Positions 13,401 through 24,793 are shown, numbered from the whole stretch's first letter. The stretch is 63,557 nucleotides of DNA, filler included, from Bigelowiella natans CCMP2755 (GCA_000320545.1; 4 parts of 4 records of this genome joined end to end with filler, not necessarily neighbours in it); one strand, 5' to 3'. Numbers and translations: made by a program. Notes: generated from the sequence alone by a model not told the origin.

Positions 13401-13543
13401 TAGCAGTAGGATGTAACTAGTTGATGATGACGTCGTGAATGGAGGGGAGGAAGGGATGGGATATATCAGCAAGAGGAAAATCGCGAGTATTAGAAGTTGA
13501 ACCAGCATAAATAATTACAGGAAGGAGGAGAACCTCCTGCTAA

Positions 13544-15310
13544 TCAGCCGTTGTGCTGGTTCCACCTGAGTGTCTGCAAGCTTGGGTAAGTATCCCATAT
13601 CTTCTCCTCTAGATGGATGTTGGGCTCACCAATATCAAGGTAAAGTTCTTTCAGCTTAGGTGCCTTTGGTAACGATCTAAGTATATCCTCTTGGGTCAGA
13701 AAGAAACCATTTACCTTCAGTTCTGTCATCGTCGACAACTGCTGTTGCTGCCCCTGATGGTGCATAATCTCGTCGTTCCTTTCTATCCCCCCTCTTCCGG
13801 CTCCTCCTCCTACAATTCTTCTAATTTTCACTTCCTCTTCTTCTTCTTCTTCATCTCCTCCATAGCTCTGTGGGATCTCCCCCCTCACCTTCAGCGCCTT
13901 TATCACATTCCGACCGAAGTCATGGGCAACTGCGTTCATGACACACTCGCTGCATAGCGCCCAATGAAATATCTCTAAATTTGGCATGATCATCGTCGGT
14001 AGGATGCTTCGTATGTCTAAGAAGATGAGAGTGCGTAGTGTCCGATGGCGAACCGTGTGCTTACGGTGACAAATCTCCTCGTTTTCAAGATGCTCGCATT
14101 TTATGAGGAAGAGGTCGGGATCATCGCATGCTATTTTAAGCGACTCGAGCACACTGCACGTGTCCAGTAGGCTGCTAAGCGTATTCATAGTGAGCGCATC
14201 GTTCAATAAAAGCTCAAGGCTCCGCAACTTTGGAAACAGCGGTAGGAAAGGCAGCAGAGAGTTGGTAAAAGGAACCGTCAGTTTGAGGAGCTGTGAGAAA
14301 TTTTGGCAGAATTTCTTCGTGAACCTTGAGGCGCATATCGGTCCAATGTCGAGGGACCGCATACTTGGCAGCGGACATTCTGCTAGCAGGCTGATGATCT
14401 CTTGACACGTCTTCGAGCTGACATCCCTAGCCTTCCCGGCAAGTTGGAGGTGTTCCAAAGCGCGTTGGTTTTGAGTGATGAGCGTTCGTAATGCCGATAG
14501 GCCTTCGATGCTGTCGTTGAAGCTCGACTTTTTCAGCATCTCCCAGCCGCTCACTTTACCCGTTCTCATATCCACCAAATCCCGCCCTTTCCTCATCCTC
14601 GGCTCAAACCATTCCAAGGGGACACGGATACTCCTGAGATTTCGGAACCGCCGCCACAGCATCGTCCGCATAGTGATTGAAGGCCTGGGTAAGGGTGAGA
14701 GATCTAAGACCTTCTTTTCGGCGCAAAATCTTTTGACCGCGTGGCGAAAGTACTTGCAAGATGCCTCGAGATTACCGGTGTGCGGCCATAAGAATACCAG
14801 AATCGGCGCTAAAAGGTCATATTGGACCTTATCCAGTCGCTGCGGAGGAGAACTGCTAGACAAGGATGAGGAGGATGAACTCTTCATGTCATCGACGTCA
14901 TCGAAAGGGACTGGAGTGTCTTCATACCGCCCCGTCAGGGTGTCTATGCTGTCATCACCTCTATTTCTTTTTTTACCCCCATTTCTTACACTGGGAAAAT
15001 CATTGATCTTTCTCTGTTTTTTTTTGTCGCCACGATTTCTCTGGCAGAACGTAGTCTCTTCATCAGCTTCATACCATGGAGGCGTTCTAGCCTTCGGTTC
15101 GTTCACGAGAGGAGTCACGGGGGGCTCAACTTTCATGTAAGAACGACGAGGTGAAGGAGTTGAGTAATGGATGTTTCTCATCCGCTTTCGTTTTCTTTCC
15201 CGAAAAACGCGGGGATTGTGCATACAGCCTCCAGGACCGCAAACACTATCGTCCTGTGCCTCAATGTTCCCCCCTCCGTCATTAGGATGGGGAAGCTTCT
15301 GCATCTGCAT
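13544..15310 (-). CDS. Intronless 588-aa leucine-rich-repeat (RNI/F-box-associated-like) protein
   Basis: Long uninterrupted ORF with a basic, NLS-like disordered N-terminus (RERKRKR, KKKQRK) and repeated LxxLxL motifs (NLRSIRV, ALEHLQL, SMRSLDI, KLRSLELL, VLESLKI, TLRTLIF, KLKELYL, SLQTLRW). Confidence 0.7.
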   Translation of the reverse strand: MQMQKLPHPNDGGGNIEAQDDSVCGPGGCMHNPRVFRERKRKRMRNIHYSTPSPRRSYMKVEPPVTPLVNEPKARTPPWYEADEETTFCQRNRGDKKKQRKINDFPSVRNGGKKRNRGDDSIDTLTGRYEDTPVPFDDVDDMKSSSSSSLSSSSPPQRLDKVQYDLLAPILVFLWPHTGNLEASCKYFRHAVKRFCAEKKVLDLSPLPRPSITMRTMLWRRFRNLRSIRVPLEWFEPRMRKGRDLVDMRTGKVSGWEMLKKSSFNDSIEGLSALRTLITQNQRALEHLQLAGKARDVSSKTCQEIISLLAECPLPSMRSLDIGPICASRFTKKFCQNFSQLLKLTVPFTNSLLPFLPLFPKLRSLELLLNDALTMNTLSSLLDTCSVLESLKIACDDPDLFLIKCEHLENEEICHRKHTVRHRTLRTLIFLDIRSILPTMIMPNLEIFHWALCSECVMNAVAHDFGRNVIKALKVRGEIPQSYGGDEEEEEEEVKIRRIVGGGAGRGGIERNDEIMHHQGQQQQLSTMTELKVNGFFLTQEDILRSLPKAPKLKELYLDIGEPNIHLEEKIWDTYPSLQTLRWNQHNG

Positions 15311-15835
15311 AAGGCCTCTTTTACGAGTCCAGGCCCATTACTCAGGAAAGCCTTCCTGGAAACTGACCCCAAAGTTGCATGGAGCTTATCATTTTTCAAG
15401 TCGTAGAATAAAAATCCATCATAATTTTGGATGTTTTCTCTTTGTGTGACTTCTCGTGGCATATTTTCACTAAAGAGGCTGACTCCTGCGGCATCGCGAC
15501 ACGATTTTCGCGTGTCCAAACGAGGAAATGCCATGCACATTCACATTGTACGATTTTGACTCCGTTCTTTGCGCGCGGGCCGTTCGCAAAAAACAAGAGA
15601 AAACCGCGCGGAACCACCTGCTTTCTGGAAGAAAACCGGCCGCCAATTCCCTTTTTGCTCGGAAAACGCATTGGGTACGAGAAAAGGGCCCTAGAAGATA
15701 CCAAGAGATCACACCGATTGTTAAACAGGCAAAATAAGAGTTTGCAAAATAACCCCTGCCACTAACGGTTTTTTTTTTGCACGAATTTGTTCTCCAGCTA
15801 AATGTAGTTCTTGTTACATTTTGGAAATGTAGTTC

Positions 15836-15997
15836 TTCATCATTGTTCATTGTTCAACCAGTTCGAGGCACTGCATTTTGCACGCTGCAAGTGTCTTGCA
15901 ACACTTTGGAAATGTAGTTTTTCATCATTGTTTCATTGTTTCATTGTTTCATTGTTCATTGTTCTTCATCATTGTTCATTGTTCATTGTTCATTGTT
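15836..15997. repeat. Degenerate (TTCATTG/TTTCATTG)n tandem repeat
   Basis: Direct reading of the sequence: ...ttcattgttcattgttcattgtt... Confidence 0.85.
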
Positions 15998-16108
15998 CCA
16001 GCAAGATTCAAACTCCTCGTCTCTCCTCTCCCCAATTCAACTAGCTGAACGCAGCTAAGCGTCACTTCCCCCGTCCACGCTTCGACACAGTCTCAACACT
16101 GTTCTCTC

Positions 16109-16540
16109 ATGGGGGCAAACTTAGCCAAAGCAGCCAAGAATGCAGAAAGGAACAAAGATTGGAGCAAGGTGCTCAAGCTGTTGTCCAAGCGTGCAGACAT
16201 CGAGCAAACGGACAAAGATGCGTCATGAAGATGCTGTTGGAGAAGAAGACACAACCTCGAAGCCGTTGATGCGGATGTTCGAATTCTGTTGAACGGGGCG
16301 TCTCATGAGGGTCACATGCTGGACGTCGTGAAGACGCTCCAGCGCTGTTGCTAGGTTGGAGAAGAGTGTTCCAGTGTTCACAAGGCATGTCAACATCGAA
16401 CCCGCATTGATGCGGACGGTTGGACTCCGTTGTTTGGTTGTGTTCGGCGTCTCGGAGGGGTCATCTGCACGCTCACGCCGTGAAGACGCTGTTGGAGAAG
16501 AAGGCCAACATCGACTAGTCGAGACGACCGATCGATGAAT
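16109..16540 (+). pseudogene. Ankyrin-repeat pseudogene disrupted by small insertions
   Basis: ATG 16109 gives MGANLAKAAKNAERNKDWSKVLKLLSKRADIEQTDKD. Frame-broken fragments follow: VVKTLLEK, NIE..IDADGWTPLF..ASRRGHL..AVKTLLEKKANIE, matching the ankyrin consensus G.TPL..A...GH..VV..LL...A.I. Confidence 0.8.
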
Positions 16541-17182
16541 TCGGTGCGACCATCATCAAGTTTCTTTCTTTTTTTCTTTCTGAGAACTCCTGGGGACAGC
16601 CCGCTCCATGCTAGCATGAACTGTCATGGACAACGAAATTCATTGTGGACAATGCTAGAATGTGATGCAACATGCATTCAATGTGTGTCACGTTGCCATG
16701 TCCATGATGACTTGCTGTGCTCGCAAGTGTCCAAGTGCATCCAACTTCGTCCGCAAATCGTGATGCTGTGCGTGCGATGCGAAACCAATGGCTGCCAAAA
16801 ACTCCCTTCGAGTTTGATCTATGCAAAGATGCTGTGTGGTGTGACTGACACGGCGTGCATGCGGCACGCACATTGCCAGATTACGTGATTGCACATGCAG
16901 TTGATCTAGCGATGCGATGGCCGTGCTGCGCACTGCTGAACACAAATTGCATTGAATCGATCGAACGACGACCACGTGTGCAGTATGGTAGCTAGCCATC
17001 CATCTAGCGGAATGCTGGACAGCATCAGAATGGCGTGACATGCTTGACACATGCAGTGCACCCCAGCTAGCCAGCATCCCAGCATGCACATCAAGATTCC
17101 TGCACATTGCACATGCACAGAGCAAGCTAGCAAGGGATGCAATGTCGGGCAACTCCCTGATGACCATCGATTTTGTTGCTCA

Positions 17183-19276
17183 TCAATCTATGTTGTCGCC
17201 ATCGCACCAATGAGGACCATTGCCATTGTGTCTACCCGGAGTGAACCAATCACGGCAACTCTCTGCTGCATCCCGGCATGAACTCAACTTCATGCTGTTC
17301 GCATAGATCTTGCAATTCCCCATGTACTCAATTGCTGGATCCATGGAGTATTGCAGATCCAAGTCATCTGGAATGAACAAGCCGCGGAGACCGCAATGCT
17401 GAGGAAAACTTGTAATCACGTTGTCAGCTTTACCCATTCCATGGCTCCCTTTGAATCTGTGCCCATGATTGAAAGCCACAACAATAAGCGTATCACCGCG
17501 TTTCGGTGTCCATCGGCGACACTGGATGTGTGAACGACGATCGTACCACCCATAGCTTCCTCTTTCTTCTCCGTTCCCTACTCCCGCAGCTGTCGAGCCC
17601 CTCATCGCAGCCGGTTCCTTTTCTAGGCAAGGAGCTTCTATGACACACACTGGAGATAGCTGTTCCTTCATACCCACACCAGATTTTGTGGATGGTGATA
17701 ACGACGACGATTTTGTGGCTTGGACAATGTGGTCCAGTATGTGTTTTTTAACATCTTCAAGTGTAGATCCGAAATGCTCAGGAATGTACGGAAGTTTGGT
17801 TACGTGCGAGGAATTTGGATGTGCTTGCTGCTCAAGTTTCGTGAGTCCTAAGATATCTCGGGAGACATCTGGTCCGGAAAATGCCCAGAATGACTGGGTA
17901 CGACTCTGGTGAGCGTGAAATACAAACTGTCCAGGGATAAATGAGCCGTTGTGTCGAAATGTGTGGGAGTACCAAAATACACATGACTTTTGAGGGGGAA
18001 TTCCATATACTAACGGACCATGCCTCTGAGCTGGAGCAATAAACGATATCTTTGAGCTAACTCCCTTTTGCGGCCTCTTTCGTGTCCAAGCGATAGCAAT
18101 CTCCATGTAGTATTCCATTGTTGGGGATCCTTTTGGCCTTACATCATCGAGAACAAAATCTACATAAAGCGGGCTCGTAATGCGATGTGCTACGCCATTT
18201 GGAAGCATGCGCACCAAACAGTTTATCCCACCATAGGCACCGTGGCATTCAGAATCTCCATGCGCTTCAATAATCGGGGCAAGCCATGATTTCCGGGTGT
18301 GTATGTGGAAGTGGTGGATGTGAATTGGAGGATGGCCTAAAGGTTCTCCGTTTTTGTCGGTGGGAAAGGTTGCAGAGCCTACCACGAAAAGTTCTCCTCC
18401 ATTGGCTTTGATTTCTTTGCTGAGTAAGCCGATATTCTTGATGGAGCCGCCTACAGACCAGTCATAGCCTCCTGTTCCAGATATTGGACCCACACGTTCA
18501 ATTGTCCAATGTATGGTCTCATTGCCGCCCCTAGTAAACCCGTTATCTCGTGACGACGAATTGGAGAAAGAATACCCACCTGTTCCTCCAAGATTATTAC
18601 ATCGCTGCCTAAACATCCTTGATTGTTGAATAGCTTTGGCAGATCTCATTGGACAGTGATTGGGAGGCTGACACAAACCCCAATAGTGATACTTATTACT
18701 GTTATACGCATTGTCGTCTGTGTAATGGTCGAGAGTGGAATGATGATCCTTTAGGGTGGTCCATCTGCAACTTGACCGAAGCTGAAAATACGCCCTTGCA
18801 TTCGAAAAATTTTTGTCACCGCCATTCACCCAAGGTACCCAATCTTGTTCTGCTGCGGGATCATTAATCCCGGCCGCTTTGGTAAGACGTACTATCTCAG
18901 CTGTTGGGCGGTCACTAAACATTTTGCAATCGAATTTCATTCCAGAAGGTATGTCATCTTCCAAAGGCGAACTCACCATCGAACCCATTATAATTGCAAG
19001 AATTGTGAGAAATGATGAGAAAATGAAGACTTTCGATGCCATAGACGTGTGATTGACCTCGCAGCACCATCTCCCTAAGTTTTTATTTGAAGATGGTGAT
19101 GTTTCTATTTTGGGCAGCGCTTTCTTCTCTCTGACTGATTTGTCGAGAGTCTTCGTTGGAGAAATGATTTTTGGTAAGCTGACAGAAGGTCTCAAAAGAG
19201 CACCATTTTCTGAGTCATCGCTTTCTATATCTACTAGGCTGCCCTGCGGGTCAGCACTCGTTTCCGCTCCTTTCAT
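17183..19276 (-). CDS. Intronless 697-aa type II membrane protein with His-rich metal-binding motifs (possibly copper monooxygenase-like)
   Basis: N-terminal cytosolic tail, one TM helix (VFIFSSFLTILAIIMGSMV) and a Cys-containing lumenal domain with HPPIHIHHFHIH, AHGDSEC, FHAHQ and FPQHC motifs. Confidence 0.65.
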   Translation of the reverse strand: MKGAETSADPQGSLVDIESDDSENGALLRPSVSLPKIISPTKTLDKSVREKKALPKIETSPSSNKNLGRWCCEVNHTSMASKVFIFSSFLTILAIIMGSMVSSPLEDDIPSGMKFDCKMFSDRPTAEIVRLTKAAGINDPAAEQDWVPWVNGGDKNFSNARAYFQLRSSCRWTTLKDHHSTLDHYTDDNAYNSNKYHYWGLCQPPNHCPMRSAKAIQQSRMFRQRCNNLGGTGGYSFSNSSSRDNGFTRGGNETIHWTIERVGPISGTGGYDWSVGGSIKNIGLLSKEIKANGGELFVVGSATFPTDKNGEPLGHPPIHIHHFHIHTRKSWLAPIIEAHGDSECHGAYGGINCLVRMLPNGVAHRITSPLYVDFVLDDVRPKGSPTMEYYMEIAIAWTRKRPQKGVSSKISFIAPAQRHGPLVYGIPPQKSCVFWYSHTFRHNGSFIPGQFVFHAHQSRTQSFWAFSGPDVSRDILGLTKLEQQAHPNSSHVTKLPYIPEHFGSTLEDVKKHILDHIVQATKSSSLSPSTKSGVGMKEQLSPVCVIEAPCLEKEPAAMRGSTAAGVGNGEERGSYGWYDRRSHIQCRRWTPKRGDTLIVVAFNHGHRFKGSHGMGKADNVITSFPQHCGLRGLFIPDDLDLQYSMDPAIEYMGNCKIYANSMKLSSCRDAAESCRDWFTPGRHNGNGPHWCDGDNID

Positions 19277-19917
19277 GTCAGTGATTCTTAGTCTGATGAT
19301 TTCAGTGCCTACTCTTTAGTCCTGGCAAGAGATAGAAGAGAGAAAGAGAGAGAGAGAGAGAGAGAGGAGAGGGCACTACAAAATGTGGGTGGAATCCATT
19401 TGGCTGCTTATGATCTATCCATGGATCTATTTACATGATCGACTTCACTCCTACCTGTACTCCTTTTTCATCTTTGTTCCTGTCGTTCGCTTGTCGCGAA
19501 GCGAAATACTCCTTGACGCAAGGTATGAAACGCATTCCAATTTTTTTGAGAGGACACGTTTGTACGTTACTAGAACATTTCCTTTCCTGGAACCGCGAAG
19601 TTCGTCCACCAATGTGCGAACCCTAAACGCAAAACAACGACAATGAGCACTCAATGCATCAACACGAGCTATTTTTCCCAGCCAAAAAACAAGGCAATCT
19701 TTTCCACAATGGCCTTTAAACGTATTAATAACAACAACCACATTTTAACATTTAACAACAACAACAACAACAGCAACAACAACATTAACAGCAGCAGCAG
19801 CAGCAGCAACAACAACAACAATTTTTGACTTTCGCAATGTCCGTTATGAGACAACATCCACTATGAAAATCACTTCGGTGAAAAAACATAGCTGGGAAGT
19901 CAAGGACGCGAACAGAA

Positions 19918-19953
<36 letters not shown>

Positions 19954-20058
19954 AACAACAACAACAACAACAACAGCAACAACAACAACAGCAACAACAA
20001 CAACAACAACAACAACAACGGAACTGACGATGGGGGCTGTTGATGATTTCTTCAGCTG

Positions 20059-20892
20059 ATGATGAGCAAAGGCCCGGAGAGGGACGATGATGGGGAAGCA
20101 CAGACGGGAACACAGAATGAGCGCGAAGCGACGGCGGTCGTAACGTGGAGATCGTTCACTTTTGACGACCACGACGACGAGAAAGCGGAGGAAGGAACGA
20201 TTCGATTGCAGATACGCGAGGTCAGAAATGTATTTTTTTGGGGACACTCATCCCCCCCCCCCCGTTTCATTCGGATGCGATGAGGTATTTCGAGGATTTT
20301 GATCGCCATGAGTCATTCTGACGCCTACTACAACACGAAATGCTCGGATTAATCAGGAAATGTGCGCAGATTATGGGCTGTACGTGTGGCCTTCCTCAAT
20401 TTTCCTCGTAAGAGAGACATTTTGTCATATCAGTAGCTTTGTTATTCCCGGGAAATCTACGTTTGAATGATCGGTTTCTCCTCCGCGGGGTGATGGTGTG
20501 GATGAGTCAGGCAGCCTATTTACACACTATCCGCGAGCACATTGCCGGAAAGAACGTGCTGGAGGTACTCTACCTCTCTCTCAATAATACTCTAAACACG
20601 GTTTCACTTTCCACGTGAGAATATCTCGATCTTCTGACTTTTGTTGACTGAATAAGGGGGAATTATTCAACAGATCGGTGCAGGGACCGGTCTGCCTGGA
20701 ATTCTCTGCGCAAAGGTATGTAGCATGAGATGGATCGTTGTGGCGACGACGATGGCGTCTTGATATGACAGGAGCAAAATTATACGTTATGTTAAGATGC
20801 ACACACTCGCACGCACACATACACATGCACATGCACATGCACATGCACATTAGAATGGGGAGAGAGAAAGAGAAAGAGAGACAGAAAGAGAG

Positions 20893-20928
<36 letters not shown>

Positions 20929-21542
20929 TTTAGATGGCAGAGTATACACGCACGCACGCACCGTCGCGACAGTGGCTTACCATCATCATCATAATTGCCT
21001 TTTCGGTGCAGCTTGGCGCCACAAGCGTCTCCCTTACAGACACTGGGGCGAACTCGAAAGTGCTGGAGAATTTAAGGTGAAGCTGATATCTCCTAGCGAT
21101 TGGCACGATTCCGAACTCCTCCTCCTGCTGCTGCTGTTGCTTGTACGCCATAATTGTGTCTCGATTGCATCGTTACCATCCAGGACAGTTTCTCGAGAGA
21201 ACAAAGTCGATGATGTCTGCAAGGTCCAAGAGCTATGCTGGGGTACGCGCGTGCATATTATCTTTATCTGTACCTCGGGAAGAGGGCTGCGAACACGTGG
21301 AACTTCGATTCGACTTTTATTGTTACCTTCGTCGATTGAGAGGCATACGATGCAGGGGAATTCAGCCTGGATACACTAGCCCTAACCCCCGATTTACTTC
21401 TCGGTGCCGACGTTTTCTATGATTCAGAGGGTAAGTGCACACTCTGCCGCGTCGTAATCATCAGCATTTTCCGTTCAAAATAGTATACGGTTTCGAATCA
21501 TTATCTGACTTAAATATATACAATACATACACACACACACAC

Positions 21543-21579
<37 letters not shown>

Positions 21580-22357
21580 AGTGTATATACTGCATTTGAA
21601 GCATGGAAAGAAATCCCTTCATTTGAACCAAAAATCCAGTTACTGCGATATAAATAAGTCCACAGCTAAGTGTGACGAATAGCTATGTTATGAATGCAAG
21701 CCTTCGAGGACGTCTTGGCAACGCTGAGGTACTTTTTTGACCGAGAGAAGGCGCCGCTATCACGCAGCAAAAAGGAGCATTCTTCCTCGAGAAGAAAGGC
21801 TCGTCGCCTCAACGAGGAAGATGGCGACAGAAAGGCTGCATCAACTATACGTTTCATCTCGGTTTTCCAGGTAGGTAATAACGTCAATGTAAACAACGGA
21901 AAAGCATTGATAAAGGTGTTTCTAGATTGCCGCGAAGCAACAGCCGTGCAATAGATAATGTTCTAAAAACTACCTTTGTCCTTTGGCTATTATCACTTCT
22001 CCGCAGAAACGGAGCAACACCATCGCGCTGTCGGAGCTGCTCCTGAGATGGGGCATGAGGATGGAAGCTGTAGCTTTCGAGCCAGACGCTAGCTTTCAAA
22101 TACCGGAAAGGTAAATCTGAAAGTGTGCTTCAATATGAGCGGTCCTCAGATAGTATTCGTAAAATAGATGAAGATTGCCGGTTCATTTCTCCCTCGATCG
22201 GACGGAATATGCCTGACATTTGCAATTCCTTCTCATAGTTGAAACGCATTCATATGTTAGGGACAGCCTAGAACTGGTGGTCATCGAGCCTATCCAGCGA
22301 ATAAGTCACCGTCGTAGCCATGACAAGGTTATTATGTCAAAAAGCGGCGAGCGATGA
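20059..22357 (+). CDS. METTL23-like protein methyltransferase (Methyltransf_16 family), multi-exon
   Basis: Spliced motifs DYGLYVWPSSIFLAAYL, GKNVLEIGAGTGLPGILCAKLGA..VSLTD, LCWG, DLLLGADVFYD and FEDVLATLRYF. Last exon ends at TGA 22355-22357. Confidence 0.85.
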
Positions 22358-23434
22358 TCGATGTTTGCTATGGGTACCAAACCGAGGAATGCAAGTCTAC
22401 TTGCTGGAATTATACAGTTAATAAGATAAATGCGAAGACGCATCAAGACCCGGTGCTTTCATAATGTCATTCATTTCCTTATCTATGATCTAATAATGAT
22501 CCGTTCCATGCCACCTGTAGACATCGCAATATATTCGTAATTTTGTTACGCGTGCCTGCATGCATTCAGCAGCGCCACATACGACTACAATTAAAGCAAG
22601 CATGTAATAAGAACAATATTGAGTCATGACTGATTACTAGCAATGTAGAATAGCTTGTTGCTCATCACTGAGCTATGCCTACATGAGCTTCAATATATGA
22701 GACGGATGGCAATGAGCTGATTAGATTTCTAATGGCTCTAGACTTCAGCGCTTAAGTTGTATCTATAATGTGATGCATCACTGGCGTCGGGAACTTGGAC
22801 GCATGCAGTTTCCACTGTACGACATGCGGGATCACGGACTACAACCATGGACTATTTATTGAGCTGCCCGGCGCATGCTCACAAATAACGAACGACTATT
22901 GTAACGAGACTCGGTAATCAATTGACTGTCATCATGGAGAGAGATGACGAAGCCAAGCGACTATTAGATGGGAACAGGCATAAACATAGTAGACATGCAC
23001 TTGTGCGCGTGCAGCACGTCGCACACGCCTCCGCTCAAAATTTTCTGCATGAAAGACATCACAACAGAAACGAACAACAAGCTCAATTTAAGCGTTGCGG
23101 ACTGCCGCTGCTTTGCATGGCTACGTATACATGTAGACACGCAGTAGCAGGGCGCGTACTTTGGCATGCCGCGCGCTAAGACCCATCGTGCAATTCGTCC
23201 GCACGGTTTAAAATGGTGTCGTGTCATACTACATGTGGTGAGCACGCAATAACACCCAAACAAACACAGAGAAACAATTATTCCACGTGCAACTATGTAT
23301 ATGCAACGAGTAGCGTGATGCGAGAAGATACTTCTGCACTAACGAACTGTGGGTGCACACGTACTCATGCAGTCGCAAAAGGAAAAGGGCCACTACTACT
23401 TGATCCACCCCATTCGTTGGTAACCTCGTTCGGT

Positions 23435-24403
23435 CTAGACCGCAGTAGCCACAAGCATTCCCATCAACCCCCCGGCGATGGGAATGAATTCCGCGCTCTG
23501 CAGAACACAGAAATAAATGAGAAAAAAATGAAAGGTCCACGGGGGGGAAACAACGACGGACTCATTTTAATTTGATCGCCCATACACCTTGAAGCCGTTC
23601 TGCAAGGCCATTGACACCAATTCGCCCCCCTTAGGGTACCTATTTGGGCACACACAATATCAGTGACCGGTCCTTCTCCTCTGTCCTCTCTTCTCTTCGC
23701 CATGCTCGATAAGCGCGGCGTCTTATTACTACCTCTCGATCGACGGTTTCAGGTAAGTATACTCCTCCCTCGCCCCTAGCAGCGTAGCCACGGGGACCTA
23801 CATGCAAAAGCGCACACGATGTGAGAGGGGGAGCGTCGAGAGGCACGATGATTTCTCTCTTGCCCTGCGTCGCAGCGTGCTTCACAAATTCCACACATGT
23901 TTACCAACCCTCCATTCACCATGCATAGAAGATGCCATCCATGCACACGGTACTGGCCACGACAGAGCGTACCACGATGTTTTGCAAGCAGAAGAATTGG
24001 AAGGCCCTCACGAATCGGCTCTGCGCGTTGTTGAAGTCGAGCACAACAACCTGGGGGCATGTACGTTTGGCCAGGCATCAGGCTCGGATAATTCACATCG
24101 GATTAGATTGCGAAATGCTGCTGGGGCTGCCACCCCCCCCCCCTCAAAAGAGCACCAGGGTCGAGTCATGCATTTCTCTTAGAATGTTTGTTTTTGCGTT
24201 CGTTTGTTAGTTTGTGCTGCGCCGAACCATCAATATCATTACTGTCATCATCACCATAATTATCATCATCACAATCATCAACATCATCATCATCATTACT
24301 GCTCTCATCCTCACCATCTCACTACCTTACGTCCAGGTTTGACGACTCTGCTCAGCTCTTTTAAGCACTGATAAGATATAGTATAATATGTATAAATGAA
24401 AAA

Positions 24404-24446
<43 letters not shown>

Positions 24447-24753
24447 TATACACATATATTTATTTATTTATTTAAGAGCACTTCCATCATAATAGAGCAC
24501 AAACATAACCTTAACATGTGAGTTTCCAACACTACTACTACTACTACTACTGCTGCTACTATAACAACAACCTCTGCAGGCGATGCGACATTCCGCAAGC
24601 CATACCCAACAGTCACGCCATCGAACTACACAACGAAAACGACGGCATCAGCGAGTAACCAACGATATCAACAATAGTTGCAAGGAGCATCACTCTGCAC
24701 ACGCACGCATACAGACGCACACGCACACACGCACACACGCACACACACACACA

Positions 24754-24793
<40 letters not shown>

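Larger units (their letters stand above)
15830..17170. other. TpA-depleted degenerate island (contains the ankyrin pseudogene)
   Basis: Hand count: 13 TA in 16141-17160 (1020 bp), 9 of them in CTAG; only 4 TA (all CTAG) in 16141-16800. Confidence 0.9.

Noticed and set aside
10740-17170. CpG methylation/deamination or fungal-type RIP as the cause of TG/CA-rich islands
   Set aside because: CpG is retained and TpA is lost. 5mC deamination would deplete CpG, and RIP would increase TpA.
19917-19952. (TAAC)n tract as an interstitial telomere
   Set aside because: It is a simple tetranucleotide microsatellite merging into (AAC)n and is not a TTAGGG-type repeat.
23435-23500. Possible frameshift in the last menG exon
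   Set aside because: The six-C run gives GGG GGG on the minus strand, restoring IAGGLMGMLVAT in frame.
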